Shown: piece after piece, positions 42,589-58,122 of the stretch | Layout: every line of letters begins with the position of its first letter | Numbering within the stretch: the first letter of the stretch is position 1 | Translations under genes and position numbers: made by a program | From: the human T2T-CHM13v2.0 reference genome, Homo sapiens | NCBI RefSeq assembly: GCF_009914755.1 | Contig: NC_060925.1 | DNA: 64,000 nucleotides | Direction: 5' to 3' (one strand) | Notes under the pieces: model-generated | Told to the model about the DNA's origin: nothing | Seen by the model: only the letters and a program-made list of their open reading frames with translations | The model's database searches: none

Positions 42589-45500
42589 ATGAAATTGAAA
42601 TGGATGGACTCATCATCGAATGGATTCGAATGGAATCATCGAATAAAATTGATTGAAATCATCATCGAATGGAATCGAATGGTATCATTGAATGGAATCG
42701 AATGGAATCATCATCAGATGGAAATGAATGGAATCGTCATAGAATGGAATCGAATGGATTCATTGAATGGAATCAGATGGAATCATCGAATGGACTGGAA
42801 TGGAATCATTGAATGGACTCGAAAGGGATCATGATTGAATGGAATTGAATGGAATCATCGAATGGTCTCGATTGGAATCATTATCAAATGGAATCGAATG
42901 GAATCACCGAATAGAATCGAATGGAACAATCATCGAATGGACTCAAATGGAATTATCCTCAAATGGAATCGAATGGAATTATCGAATGCAATCGAATGGA
43001 ATTATCGAATGCAATCGAATAGAATCATCGAATGGACTCGAATGGAATCATCGAATGGAATGGAATGGAACAGTCAATGAACTCGAATGGAATCATCATT
43101 GAATGGAATCGAATGGAATCATCGAGTGGAATCGAATGGAATTATGATCAAATGGAATCGAATGTAATCATCATCAAATGGAATCAAAAATAACCATCAT
43201 CAATTGGTATTGAATGGAATTGTCATCAAATGGAATTCAAAGGAATCATCATCAAATGGAACCGAATGGAATCCTCATTGAATGGAAATGAAAGGGGTCA
43301 TCATCTAATGGAATCGCATGGAATCATCATCAAATGGAATCGAATGGAATCATCATCAAATGGAATCTAATGGAATCATTGAACAGAATTGAATGGAATC
43401 GTCATCGAATGAATTGAATGCAATCATCGAATGGTCTCGAATGGAATCATCTTCTAATGGAAAGGAATGGAATCATCGCATAGAATCGAATGGAATTATC
43501 ATCGAATGGAATCGAATGGTATCAACACCAAACGGAAAAAAACGGAATTATCGAATGGAATCGAAGAGAATCTTTGAACGGACCCGAATGGAATCATCTA
43601 ATGGAATGGAATGGAATAATCCATGGACTCGAATGCAATCATCATCGAATGGAATCGAATGGAATCATCGAATGGACTCGAATGGAATAATCATTGAACG
43701 GAATCGAATGGAATCATCATCGGATGGAAACGAATGGAATCATCATCGAATGGAAATGAAAGGAGTCATCATCTAATGGAATTGCATGGAATCATCATAA
43801 AATGGAGTCGAATGGAATCAACATCAAATCGAATCAAACGGAATCATTGAACGGAATTGAATGGAATCGTCATCGAATGAATTGACTGCAATCATCGAAT
43901 GGTCTCGAATGGAATCATCTTCAAATGGAATGGAATGGAATCATCGCATAGAATCGAATGGAATTATCACCGAATGGAATCGAATGGAATCAACATCAAA
44001 CGGAAAAAAACGGAATTATCGAATGGAATCGAAGAGAATCATCGAATGGACCCGAATGGAATCATCTAATGGAATGGAATGGAATACTCCATGGACTCGA
44101 ATGCAATCATCATCGAATGGAATCGAATGGAATCATCGAATGAACTCGAATGGAATCATCATTGAATGGAATCGAATGGAATCATCGAGTGGAATCGAAT
44201 GGAATTATGATCAAATGGAATCGAATGTAATCATCATCAAATGGAATCAAAAATAACCATCATCAATTGGTATTGAATGGAATTGTCATCAAATGGAATT
44301 CAAAGGAATCATCATCAAATGGAACCGAATGGAATCCTCATTGAATGGAAATGAAAGGGGTCATCATCTAATGGAATCGCATGGAATCATCATCAAATGG
44401 AATCGAATGGAATCATCATCAAATGGAATCTAATGGAATCATTGAACAGAATTGAATGGAATCGTCATCGAATGAATTGAATGCAATCATCGAATGGTCT
44501 CGAATGGAATCATCTTCTAATGGAAAGGAATGGAATCATCGCATAGAATCGAATGGAATTATCATCGAATGGAATCGAATGGTATCAACACCAAACGGAA
44601 AAAAACGGAATTATCGAATGGAATCGAAGAGAATCTTCGAACGGACCCGAATGGAATCATCTAATGGAATGGAATGGAATAATCCATGGACTCGAATGCA
44701 ATCATCATCGAATGGAATCGAATGGAATCATCGAATGGACTCGAATGGAATAATCATTGAACGGAATCGAATGGAATCATCATCGGATGGAAACGAATGG
44801 AATCATCATCGAATGGAAATGAAAGGAATCATCATCTAATGGAATTGCATGGAATCATCATAAAATGGAATCGAATGGAATCAACATCAAATCGAATCAA
44901 ACGGAATCATTGAACGGAATTGAATGGAATCGTCATCGAATGAATTGACTACAATCACAGAATGGTCTCGAATGGAATCATCTTCAAATGGAATGGAATG
45001 GAATCATCGCATAGAATCGAATGGAATTATCACCGAAAGCAATCGAATGGAATCAACATACAACGGAAAAAAACGGAATTATCGAATGGAATCGAAGAGA
45101 ATCATCGAATGGACCCGAATGGAATCATCTAATGGAATGGAATGGAATAATCCATGGACTCGAATGCAATCATCATCGAATGGAATCGAATGGAATCATC
45201 GAATGGACTCGAATGGAATAATCATTGAACGGAATAGAATGGAATCATCATCGGATGGAAATGAATGGAATCATCATCGAATGGAATCGAATAGAATTAT
45301 GGAATGAAATCCAGTGTGATCATCATCGAATGGACCCGAATGGAATCATCATCCAACGGAAGCTAATGGAATCAACATCGAATGAATCAAATGGAAACAC
45401 CATCGAATTGAAACGAATGGAATTATCATGAAATTGAAATGGATGGACTCATCATCGAATGGATTCGAAAGGAATCATCGAATAAAATTGATTGAAATCA

Positions 45501-48262
45501 TCATCGAATGGAATCGAATGGTATCATTGAATGGAATCGAATGGAATCATCATCAGATGGAAATGAATGGAATCGTCATAGAATGGAATCGAATGGATTC
45601 ATTGAATGGAATCAGATGGAATCATCGAATGGACTGGAATGGAATCATTGAATGGACTCGAAAGGGATCATGATTGAATGGAATTGAATGGAATCATCGA
45701 ATGGTCTCGATTGGAATCATTATCAAATGGAATCGAATGGAATCACCGAATAGAATCGAATGGAACAATCATCGAATGGACTCAAATGGAATTATCCTCA
45801 AATGGAATCGAATGGAATTATCGAATGCAATCGAATGGAATTATCGAATGCAATCGAATAGAATCATCGAATGGACTCGAATGGAATCATCGAATGGAAT
45901 GGAATGGAACAGTCAATGAACTCGAATGGAATCATCATTGAATGGAATCGAATGGAATCATCGAGTGGAATCGAATGGAATTATGATCAAATGGAATCGA
46001 ATGTAATCATCATCAAATGGAATCAAAAATAACCATCATCAATTGGTATTGAATGGAATTGTCATCAAATGGAATTCAAAGGAATCATCATCAAATGGAA
46101 CCGAATGGAATCCTCATTGAATGGAAATGAAAGGGGTCATCATCTAATGGAATCGCATGGAATCATCATCAAATGGAATCGAATGGAATCATCATCAAAT
46201 GGAATCTAATGGAATCATTGAACAGAATTGAATGGAATCGTCATCGAATGAATTGAATGCAATCATCGAATGGTCTCGAATGGAATCATCTTCTAATGGA
46301 AAGGAATGGAATCATCGCATAGAATCGAATGGAATTATCATCGAATGGAATCGAATGGTATCAACACCAAACGGAAAAAAACGGAATTATCGAATGGAAT
46401 CGAAGAGAATCTTTGAACGGACCCGAATGGAATCATCTAATGGAATGGAATGGAATAATCCATGGACTCGAATGCAATCATCATCGAATGGAATCGAATG
46501 GAATCATCGAATGGACTCGAATGGAATAATCATTGAACGGAATCGAATGGAATCATCATCGGATGGAAACGAATGGAATCATCATCGAATGGAAATGAAA
46601 GGAGTCATCATCTAATGGAATTGCATGGAATCATCATAAAATGGAGTCGAATGGAATCAACATCAAATCGAATCAAACGGAATCATTGAACGGAATTGAA
46701 TGGAATCGTCATCGAATGAATTGACTGCAATCATCGAATGGTCTCGAATGGAATCATCTTCAAATGGAATGGAATGGAATCATCGCATAGAATCGAATGG
46801 AATTATCACCGAATGGAATCGAATGGAATCAACATCAAACGGAAAAAAACGGAATTATCGAATGGAATCGAAGAGAATCATCGAATGGACCCGAATGGAA
46901 TCATCTAATGGAATGGAATGGAATACTCCATGGACTCGAATGCAATCATCATCGAATGGAATCGAATGGAATCATCGAATGAACTCGAATGGAATCATCA
47001 TTGAATGGAATCGAATGGAATCATCGAGTGGAATCGAATGGAATTATGATCAAATGGAATCGAATGTAATCATCATCAAATGGAATCAAAAATAACCATC
47101 ATCAATTGGTATTGAATGGAATTGTCATCAAATGGAATTCAAAGGAATCATCATCAAATGGAACCGAATGGAATCCTCATTGAATGGAAATGAAAGGGGT
47201 CATCATCTAATGGAATCGCATGGAATCATCATCAAATGGAATCGAATGGAATCATCATCAAATGGAATCTAATGGAATCATTGAACAGAATTGAATGGAA
47301 TCGTCATCGAATGAATTGAATGCAATCATCGAATGGTCTCGAATGGAATCATCTTCTAATGGAAAGGAATGGAATCATCGCATAGAATCGAATGGAATTA
47401 TCATCGAATGGAATCGAATGGTATCAACACCAAACGGAAAAAAACGGAATTATCGAATGGAATCGAAGAGAATCTTCGAACGGACCCGAATGGAATCATC
47501 TAATGGAATGGAATGGAATAATCCATGGACTCGAATGCAATCATCATCGAATGGAATCGAATGGAATCATCGAATGGACTCGAATGGAATAATCATTGAA
47601 CGGAATCGAATGGAATCATCATCGGATGGAAACGAATGGAATCATCATCGAATGGAAATGAAAGGAATCATCATCTAATGGAATTGCATGGAATCATCAT
47701 AAAATGGAATCGAATGGAATCAACATCAAATGGAATCAAATGGAATCATTGAACGGAATTGAATGGAATCGTCATCGAATGAATTGACTGCAATCATCGA
47801 GTGGTCTCGGAATCATCTTCAAATGGAATGGAATGGAATCATCGCATAGAATCGAATGGAATTATCATCGAATGGAATCGAATGGAATCAACATCAAACG
47901 GAAAAAAACGGAATTATCGAATGGAATCGAAGAGAATCATCGAATGGACCCGAATGGAATCATCTAATGGAATGGAATGGAATAATCCATGGACTCGAAT
48001 GCAATCATCATCGAATGGAATCGAATGGAATCATCGAATGGACTCGAATGGAATAATCATTGAACGGAATCGAATGGAATCATCATCGGATGGAAATGAA
48101 TGGAATCATCATCGAATGGAATCGAATAGAATTATGGAATGAAATCCAGTGTGATCATCATCGAATGGACCCGAATGGAATCATCATCCAACGGAAGCTA
48201 ATGGAATCATCATCGAATGAATCGAATGGAAACACCATCGAATTGAAACGAATGGAATTATC
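42589..48262 (+). repeat. 2839-bp higher-order repeat (1776+1063), two tandem copies
   Basis: ORFs 43393/46232, 43861/46700 and 44456/47295 are 2839 apart. They share private variants atctttgaacgg, atggagtcg, caaatcgaatcaaacgg, ggaatactcc and gaaaggaatc. The second copy is 2835 because of a 4-bp deletion near 47809. Confidence 0.9.
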
Positions 48263-50694
48263 ATGAAATTGAAATGGATGGACTCATCATCGAATGGATT
48301 CGAATGGAATCATCGAATAAAATTGATTGAAATCATCATCGAATGGAATCGAATGGTATCATTGAATGGAATCGAATGGAATCATCATCAGATGGAAATG
48401 AATGGAATCGTCATAGAATGGAATCGAATGGATTCATTGAATGGAATCAGATGGAATCATCGAATGGACTGGAATGGAATCATTGAATGGACTCGAAAGG
48501 GATCATTATTGAATGGAATTGAATGGAATCATCGAATGGTCTCGATTTGAATCATTATCAAATGGAATCGAATGGAATCACCGAATAGAATCGAATGGAA
48601 CAATCATCGAATGGACTCAAATGGAATTATCCTCCAATGGAATCGAATGGAATTATCGAATGCAATCGAATGGAATTATCATCGAATGGAATCGAATGGT
48701 ATCAACACCAAACGGAAAAAAACGGAATTATCGAATGGAATCGAAGAGAATCTTCGAACGGACCCGAATGGAATCATCTAATGGAATGGAATGGAATAAT
48801 CCATGGACTCGAATGCAATCATCATCGAATGGAATCGAATGGAATCATCGAATGGACTCGAATGGAATAATCATTGAACGGAATCGATTGGAATCATCAT
48901 CGGATGGAAACGAATGGAATCATCATCGAATGGAAATGAAAGGAGTCATCATCTAATGGAATTGCATGGAATGATCATAAAATGGAATCGAATGGAATCA
49001 ACATCAAATGGAATCAAATGGAATCATTGAACGGAATTGAATGGAATCGTCATCGAATGAATTGACTGCAATCATCGAATGGTCTCGAATGGAATCATCT
49101 TCAAATGGAATGGAATGGAATCATCGCATAGAATCGAATGGAATTATCATCGAATGGAATCGAATGGAATCAACATCAAACGGAAAAAAACGGAATTATC
49201 GAATGGAATCGAAGAGAATCATCGAATGGACCCGAATGGAATAGAATCGAATGGAACAATCATCGAATGGACTCAAATGGAATTATCCTCAAATGGAATC
49301 GAATGGAATTATCGAATGCAATCGAATGGAATTATCGAATGCAATCGAATAGAATCATCGAAAGGACTCGAATGGAATCATCGAATGGAATGGAATGGAA
49401 CAGTCAATGAACTCGAATGGAATCATCATTGAATGGAATCGAATGGAATCATCGAGTGGAATCGAATGGAATTATGATCAAATGGAATCGAATGTAATCA
49501 TCATCAAATGGAATCAAAAATAACTATCATCAATTGGTATTGAATGGAATTGTCATCAAATGGAATTCAAAGGAATCATCATCAAATGGAACCGAATGGA
49601 ATCCTCATTGAATGGAAATGAAAGAGGTCATCATCTAATGGAATCGCATGGAATCATCATCAAATGGAATCGAATGGAATCATCATCAAATGGAATCTAA
49701 TGGAATCATTGAACAGAATTGAATGGAATCGTCATCGAATGAATTGAATGCAATCATCGAATGGTCTCGAATGGAATCATCTTCTAATGGAAAGGAATGG
49801 AATCATCGCATAGAATCGAATGGAATTATCATCGAATGGAATCGAATGGTATCAACACCAAACGGAAAAAAACGGAATTATTGAATGGAATCGAAAAGAA
49901 TCTTCGAACGGACCCGAATGGAATCATCTAATGGAATGGAATGGAATAATCCATGGACTCGAATGCAATCATCATCGAATGGAATCGAATGGAATCATCG
50001 AATGGACTCGAATGGAATAATCATTGAACGGAATCGAATGGAATCATCATCGGATGGAAACGAATGGAATCATCATCGAATGGAAATGAAAGGAGTCATC
50101 ATCTAATGCAATTGCATGGAATCATCATCAAATGGAATCGAATGGAATCAACATCAAATGGAATCTAATGGAATCATTGAACAGAATTGAATGGAATCGT
50201 CATCGAATGAATTGACTGCAATCATCGAATGGTCTCGAATGGAATCATCTTCAAATGGAATGGAATGGAATCATCGCATAGAATCGAATGGAATTATCAT
50301 CGAATGGAATCGAATGGAATCAACATCCAACGGAAAAAAACGGAATTATCGAATGGAATCGAAGAGAATCATCGAATGGACCCGAATGGAATCATCTAAT
50401 GGAATGGAATGGAATAATCCATGGACTCGAATGCAATCATCATCGAATGGAATCGAATGGAATCATCGAATGGACTCGAATGGAATAATCATTGAACGGA
50501 ATCGAATGGAATCATCATCGGATGGAAATGAATGGAATCATCATCGAATGGAATCGAATAGAATTATGGAATGAAATCCAGTGTGATCATCATCGAATGG
50601 ACCCGAATGGAATCATCATCCAACGGAAGCTAATGGAATCAACATCGAATGAATCAAATGGAAACACCATCGAATTGAAACGAATGGAATTATC
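48263..50694 (+). repeat. Two adjacent deleted units (-494 and -626 bp; 2432 bp total)
   Basis: Junctions at ~48680 (tgcaatcgaatggaattatc|atcgaatggaatcgaatggtatc) and ~49240 (cccgaatggaat|agaatcgaatggaacaat). 2x1776-494-626=2432. Confidence 0.85.
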
Positions 50695-53600
50695 ATGAAA
50701 TTGAAATGGATGGACTCATCATCGAATGGATTCGAATGGAATCATCGAATAAAATTGATTGAAATCATCATCGAATGGAATCGAATGGTATCATTGAATG
50801 GAATCGAATGGAATCATCATCAGATGGAAATGAATGGAATCGTCATAAAATGGAATCGAATGGATTCATTGAATGGAATCAGATGGAATCATCGAATGGA
50901 CTGGAATGGAATCATTGAATGGACTCGAAAGGGATCATGATTGAATGGAATTGAATGGAATCATCGAATGGTCTCGATTGGAATCATTATCAAATGGAAT
51001 CGAATGGAATCACCGAATAGAATCGAATGGAACAATCATCGAATGGACTCAAATGGAATTATCCTCAAATGGAATCGAATGGAATTATCGAATGCAATCG
51101 AATGGAATTATCGAATGCAATCGAATAGAATCATCGAATGGACTCGAATGGAATCATCGAATGGAATGGAATGGAACAGTCAATGAACTCGAATGGAATC
51201 ATCATTGAATGGAATCGAATGGAATCATCGAGTGGAATCGAATGGAATTATGATCAAATGGAATCGAATGTAATCATCATCAAATGGAATCAAAAATAAC
51301 CATCATCAATTGGTATTGAATGGAATTGTCATCAAATGGAATTCAAAGGAATCATCATCAAATGGAACCGAATGGAATCCTCATTGAATGGAAATGAAAG
51401 GGGTCATCATCTAATGGAATCGCATGGAATCATCATCAAATGGAATCGAATGGAATCATCATCAAATGGAATCTAATGGAATCATTGAACAGAATTGAAT
51501 GGAATCGTCATCGAATGAATTGAATGCAATCATCGAATGGTCTCGAATGGAATCATCTTCTAATGGAAAGGAATGGAATCATCGCATAGAATCGAATGGA
51601 ATTATCATCGAATGGAATCGAATGGTATCAACACCAAACGGAAAAAAACGGAATTATCGAATGGAATCGAAGAGAATCTTCGAACGGACCCGAATGGAAT
51701 CATCTAATGGAATGGAATGGAATAATCCATGGACTCGAATGCAATCATCATCGAATGGAATCGAATGGAATCATCGAATGGACTCGAATGGAATAATCAT
51801 TGAACGGAATCGAATGGAATCATCATCGGATGGAAACGAATGGAATCATGATCGAATGGAAATGAAAGGAGTCATCATCTAATGGAATTGCATGGAATCA
51901 TCATAAAATGGAATCGAATGGAATCAACATCAAATGGAATCAAATGGAATCATTGAACGGAATTGAATGGAATCGTCATCGAATGAATTGAATGCAATCA
52001 TCGAATGGTCTCGAATGGAATCATCTTCAAATGGAATGGAATGGAATCATCGCATAGAATCGAATGGAATTATCACCGAATGGAATCTAATGGAATCAAC
52101 ATCAAACGGAAAAAAACGGAATTATCGAATGGAATCGAAGAGAATCATCGAATGGACCCGAATGGAATCATCTAATGGAATGGAATGGAATAATCCATGG
52201 ACTCGAATGCAATCATCATCGAATGGAATCGAATGGAATCATCGAATGAACCCGAATGGAATCATCATTGAATGGAATCGAATGGAATCATCGAGTGGAA
52301 TCCAATGGAATTATGATCAAATGGAATCGAATGTAATCATCATCAAATGGAATCAAAAATAACCATCATCAATTGGTATTGAATGGAATTGTCATCAAAT
52401 GGAATTCAAAGGAATCATCATCAAATGGAACCGAATGGAATCCTCATTGAATGGAAATGAAAGGGGTCATCATCTAATGGAATCGCATGGAATCATCATC
52501 AAATGGAATCGAATGGAATCATCATCAAATGGAATCTAATGGAATCATTGAACAGAATTGAATGGAATCGTCATCGAATGAATTGAATGCAATCATCGAA
52601 TGGTCTCGAATTGAATTATCTTCTAATGGAAATGAATGGAATCATCGCATAGAATCGAATGGAATTAACATTGAATGGACTCGAATGGAATCAACATCAA
52701 ACGGAATCAAGCGGAATTATCGAATGGAATCGAAGAGATTCATCGAATGGACTCGAATGGAATCATCTAATGGAATGGAATGGAATAATCCATGGACCCG
52801 AATGCAATCATCATCGTATAAAATCGAATGGAATCATCGAATGGACTCGAATGGAATAATCATTGAACGGAATCGAATGGAATCATCATCGGATGGAAAC
52901 GAATGGAATCATCATCGAATGGAAATGAAAGGAGTCATCATCTAATGGAATTGCATGGAATCATCATAAAATGGAATCGAATGGAATCAACATCAAATGG
53001 AATCAAATGGAATCATTGAACGGAATTGAATGGAATCGTCATCGAATGAATTGAATGCAATCATCGAATGGTCTCGAATGGAATCATCTTCAAATGGAAT
53101 GGAATGGAATCATCGCATAGAATCGAATGGAATTATCATCGAATGGAATCGAATGGAATCAACCTCAAACGGAAAAAAACGGAATTATCGAATGGAATCG
53201 AAGAGAATCATCGAATGGACCCGAATGGAATCATCTAATGGAATGGAATGGAGTAATCCATGGACTCGAATGCAATCATCATCGAATGGAATCGAATGGA
53301 ATCATCGAGTGGACTCGAATGGAATAATCATTGAACGGAATCGAATGGAATCATCATCGGATGGAAATGAATGGAATCATCATCGAATGGAATCGAATAG
53401 AATTATGGAATGAAATCCAGTGTGATCATCATCGAATGGACCCGAATGGAATCATCATCCAATGGAAGCTAATGGAATCAACATCGAATGAATCGAATGG
53501 AAACACCATCGAATTGAAACGAATGGAATTACCATGAAATTGAAATGGATGGACTCATCATCGAATGGATTCGGATGGAATCATCGAATAAAATTGATTG

Positions 53601-56600
53601 AAATCATCATCGAATGGAATCGAATGGTATCATTGAATGGAATCGAATGGAATCATCATCAGATGGAAATGAATGGAATCGTCATAGAATGGAATCGAAT
53701 GGATTCATTGAATGGAATCAGATGGAATCATCGAATGGACTGGAATGGAATCATTGAATGGACTCGAAAGGGATCATGATTGAATGGAATTGAATGGAAT
53801 CATTGAATGGTCTCGATTGGAATCATTATCAAATGGAATCGAATGGAATCACCGAATAGAATCGAATGGAACAATCATCGAACGGACTCAAATGGAATTA
53901 TCCTTAAATGGAATCGAATGGAATTATCGAATGCAATCGAATGGAATTATCGAATGCAATCGAATAGAATCATCGAATGGACTCGAATGGAATCATCGAA
54001 TGGAATGGAATGGAACAGTCAATGAACTCGAATGGAATCATCATTGAATGGAATCGAATGGAATCATCGAGTGGAATCGAATGGAATTATGATCAAATGG
54101 AATCGAATGTAATCATCATCAAATGGAATCAAAAATAACCATCATCAATTGGTATTGAATGGAATTGTCATCAAATGGAATTCAAAGGAATCATCATCAA
54201 ATGGAACTGAATGGAATCCTCATTGAATGGAAATGAAAGGGGTCATCATCTAATGGAATCGCATGGAATCATCATCAAATGGAATCTAATGGAATCATTG
54301 AACAGAATTGAATGGAATCGTCATCGAATGAATTGAATGCAATCATCGAATGGTCTCGAATGGAATCATCTTCTAATGGAAATGAATGGAATCATCGCAT
54401 AGAATCGAATGGAATTAACATTGAATGGACTCGAATGGAATCAACATCAAACGGAATCAAGCGGAATTATCGAATGGAATCGAAGAGATTCATTGAATGG
54501 ACTCGAATGGAATCATCTAATGGAATGGAATGGAATAATCCATGGACCCGAATGCAATCATCATCGTATAAAATCGAATGGAATCATCGAATGGACTCGA
54601 ATGGAATAATCATTGAACGGAATCGAATGGAATCATCATCGGATGGAAACGAATGGAATCATCATCGAATGGAAATGAAAGGAGTCATCATCTAATGGAA
54701 TTGCATGGAATCATCATAAAATGGAATCGAATGGAATCAACATCAAATGGAATCAAATGGAATCATTGAACGGAATTGAATGGAGCCGTCATCGAATGAA
54801 TTGAATGCAATCATCGAATGGTCTCGAATGGAATCATCTTCAAATGGAATGGAATGGAATCATCGCATAGAATCGAATGGAATTATCATCGAATGGAATC
54901 GAATGGAATCAACATCCAACGGAAAAAAACGGAATTATCGAATGGAATCGAAGAGAATCATCGAATGGACCCGAATGGAATCATCTAATGGAATGGAATG
55001 GAATAATCCATGGACTCGAATGCAATCATCATCGAATGGAATCGAATGGAATCATCGAGTGGACTCGAATGGAATAATCATTGAACGGAAACGAATGGAA
55101 TCATCATCGGATGGAAATGAATGGAATCATCATCGAATGGAATCGAATAGAATTATGGAATGAAATCCAGTGTGATCATCATCGAATGGACCCGAATGGA
55201 ATCATCATCCAACGGAAGCTAATGGAATCAACATCGAATGAATCGAATGGAAACACCATCGAATTGAAACGAATGGAATTATCATGAAATTGAAATGGAT
55301 GGACTCATCATCGAATGGATTCGAATGGAATCATCGAATAAAATTGATTGAAATCATCATCGAATTGAATCGAATTGTATCATTGAATGGAATCGAATGG
55401 AATCATCATCAGATGGAAATGAATGGAATCGTCATAGAATGGAATTGAATGGATTCATTGAATGGAATCAGATGGAATCATCGAATGGACTGGAATGGAA
55501 TCATTGAATGGACTCGAAAGGGATCATGATTGAATGGAATTGAATGGAATCATCGAATGGTCTCGATTGGAATCATTATCAAATGGAATCGAATGGAATC
55601 ACCGAATAGAATCGAATGGAACAATCATCGAATGGACTCAAATGGAATTATCCTCAAATGGAATCGAATGGAATTATCGAATGCAATCGAATGGAATTAT
55701 CGAATGCAATCGAATAGAATCATCGAATGGACTCGAATGGAATCATCGAATGGAATGGAATGGAACAGTCAATGAACTCGAATGGAATCATCATTGAATG
55801 GAATCGAATGGAATCATCGAGTGGAATCGAATGGAATTATGATCAAATGGAATCGAATGTAATCATCATCAAATGGAATCAAAAATAACCATCATCAATT
55901 GGTATTGAATGGAATTGTCATCAAATGGAATTCAAAGGAATCATCATCAAATGGAACCGAATGGAATCCTCATTGAATGGAAATGAAAGGGGTCATCATC
56001 TAATGGAATCGCATGGAATCATCATCAAATGGAATCGAATGGAATCATCATCAAATGGAATCTAATGGAATCATTGAACAGAATTGAATGGAATCGTCAT
56101 CGAATGAATTGAATGCAATCATCGAATGGTCTCGAATGGAATCATCTTCTAATGGAAAGGAATGGAATCATCGCATAGAATCGAATGGAATTATCATCGA
56201 ATGGAATCGAATGGTATCAACACCAAACGGAAAAAAACGGAATTATCGAATGGAATCGAAGAGAATCTTCGAACGGACCCGAATGGAATCATCTAATGGA
56301 ATGGAATGGAATAATCCATGGACTCGAATGCAATCATCATCGAATGGAATCGAATGGAATCATCGAATGGACTCGAATGGAATAATCATTGAACGGAATC
56401 GAATGGAATCATCATCGGATGGAAACGAATGGAATCATCATCGAGTGGAAATGAAAGGAGTCATCATCTAATGGAATTGCATGGAATCATCATAAAATGG
56501 AATCGAATGGAATCAACATCAAATGGAATCAAATGGAATCATTGAACGGAATTGAATGGAATCGTCATCGAATGAATTGACTGCAATCATCCAATGGTCT

Positions 56601-58122
56601 CGAATGGAATCATCTTCAAATGGAATGGAATGGAATCATCGCATAGAATCGAATGGAATTATCATCGAATGGAATCGAATGGAATCAACATCAAACGGAA
56701 AAAAACGGAATTATCGAATGGAATCGAAGAGAATCATCGAATGGACCCGAATGGAATCATCTAATGGAATGGAATGGAATAATCCATGGACTCCAATGCA
56801 ATCATCATCGAATGGAATCGAATGGAATCATCGAATGAACTCGAATGGAATCATCATTGAATGGAATCGAATGGAATCATCGAGTGGAATCGAATGGAAT
56901 TATGATCAAATGGAATTGAATGTAATCATCATCAAATGGAATCAAAAATAACCATCATCAATTAGTATTGAATGGAATTGTCATCAAATGGAATTCAAAG
57001 GAATCATCATCAAATGGAACCGAATGGAATCCTCATTGAATGGAAATGAAAGGGGTCATCATCTAATGGAATCGCATGGAATCATCATCAAATGGAATCG
57101 AATGGAATCATCATCAAATGGAATCTAATGGAATCATTGAACAGAATTGAATGGAATCGTCATCGAATGAATTGAATGCAATCATCGAATGGTCTCGAAT
57201 GGAATCATCTTCTAATGGAAAGGAATGGAATCATCGCATAGAATCGAATGGAATTATCATCGAATGAAATCGAATGGTATCAACACCAAACGGAAAAAAA
57301 CGGAATTATCGAATGGAATCGAAGAGAATCTTCGAACGGACCCGAATGGAATCATCTAATGGAATGGAATGGAATAATCCATGGACTCGAATGCAATCAT
57401 CATCGAATGGAATCGAATGGAATCATCGAATGGACTCGAATGGAATAATCATTGAACGGAATCGAATGGAATCATCATCGGATGGAAACGAATGGAATCA
57501 TCATCGAATGGAAATGAATGGAGTCATCATCTAACGGAATTGCATGGAATCATCATAAAATGGAATCGAATGGAATCAACATCAAATGGAATCAAATGGA
57601 ATCATTGAACGGAATTGAATGGAATCGTCATCGAATGAATTGACTGCAATCATCGAATGGTCTCGAATGGAATCATCTTCAAATGGAATGGAATGGAATC
57701 ATCGCATAGAATCGAATGGAATTATCATCGAATGGAATCGAATGGAATCAACATCAAACGGAAAAAAACGGAATTATCGAATGGAATCGAAGAGAATCAT
57801 CGAATGGACCCGAATGGAATCATCTAATGGAATGGAATGGAATAATCCATGGACTCGAATGCAATCATCATCGAATGGAATCGAATGGAATCATCGAATG
57901 GACTCGAATGGAATAATCATTGAACGGAAACGAATGGAATCATCATCGGATGGAAATGAATGGAATCATCATCGAATGGAATCGAATAGAATTATGGAAT
58001 GAAATCCAGTGTGATCATCATGGAATGGACCCGAATGGAATCATCATCCAACGGAAGCTAATGGAATCAACATCGAATGAATCGAATGGAAACACCATCG
58101 AATTGAAACGAATGGAATTATC
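50695..58122 (+). repeat. Further 2839-bp units (50695-53533, 55284-58122) flanking a 1750-bp unit
   Basis: The same deletion junction (atcatcgaatgaac[t/c]cgaatggaatcatcattg) occurs at ~52246 and ~56835. The 1750 unit lacks one 26-bp cell near 54270. Confidence 0.87.
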
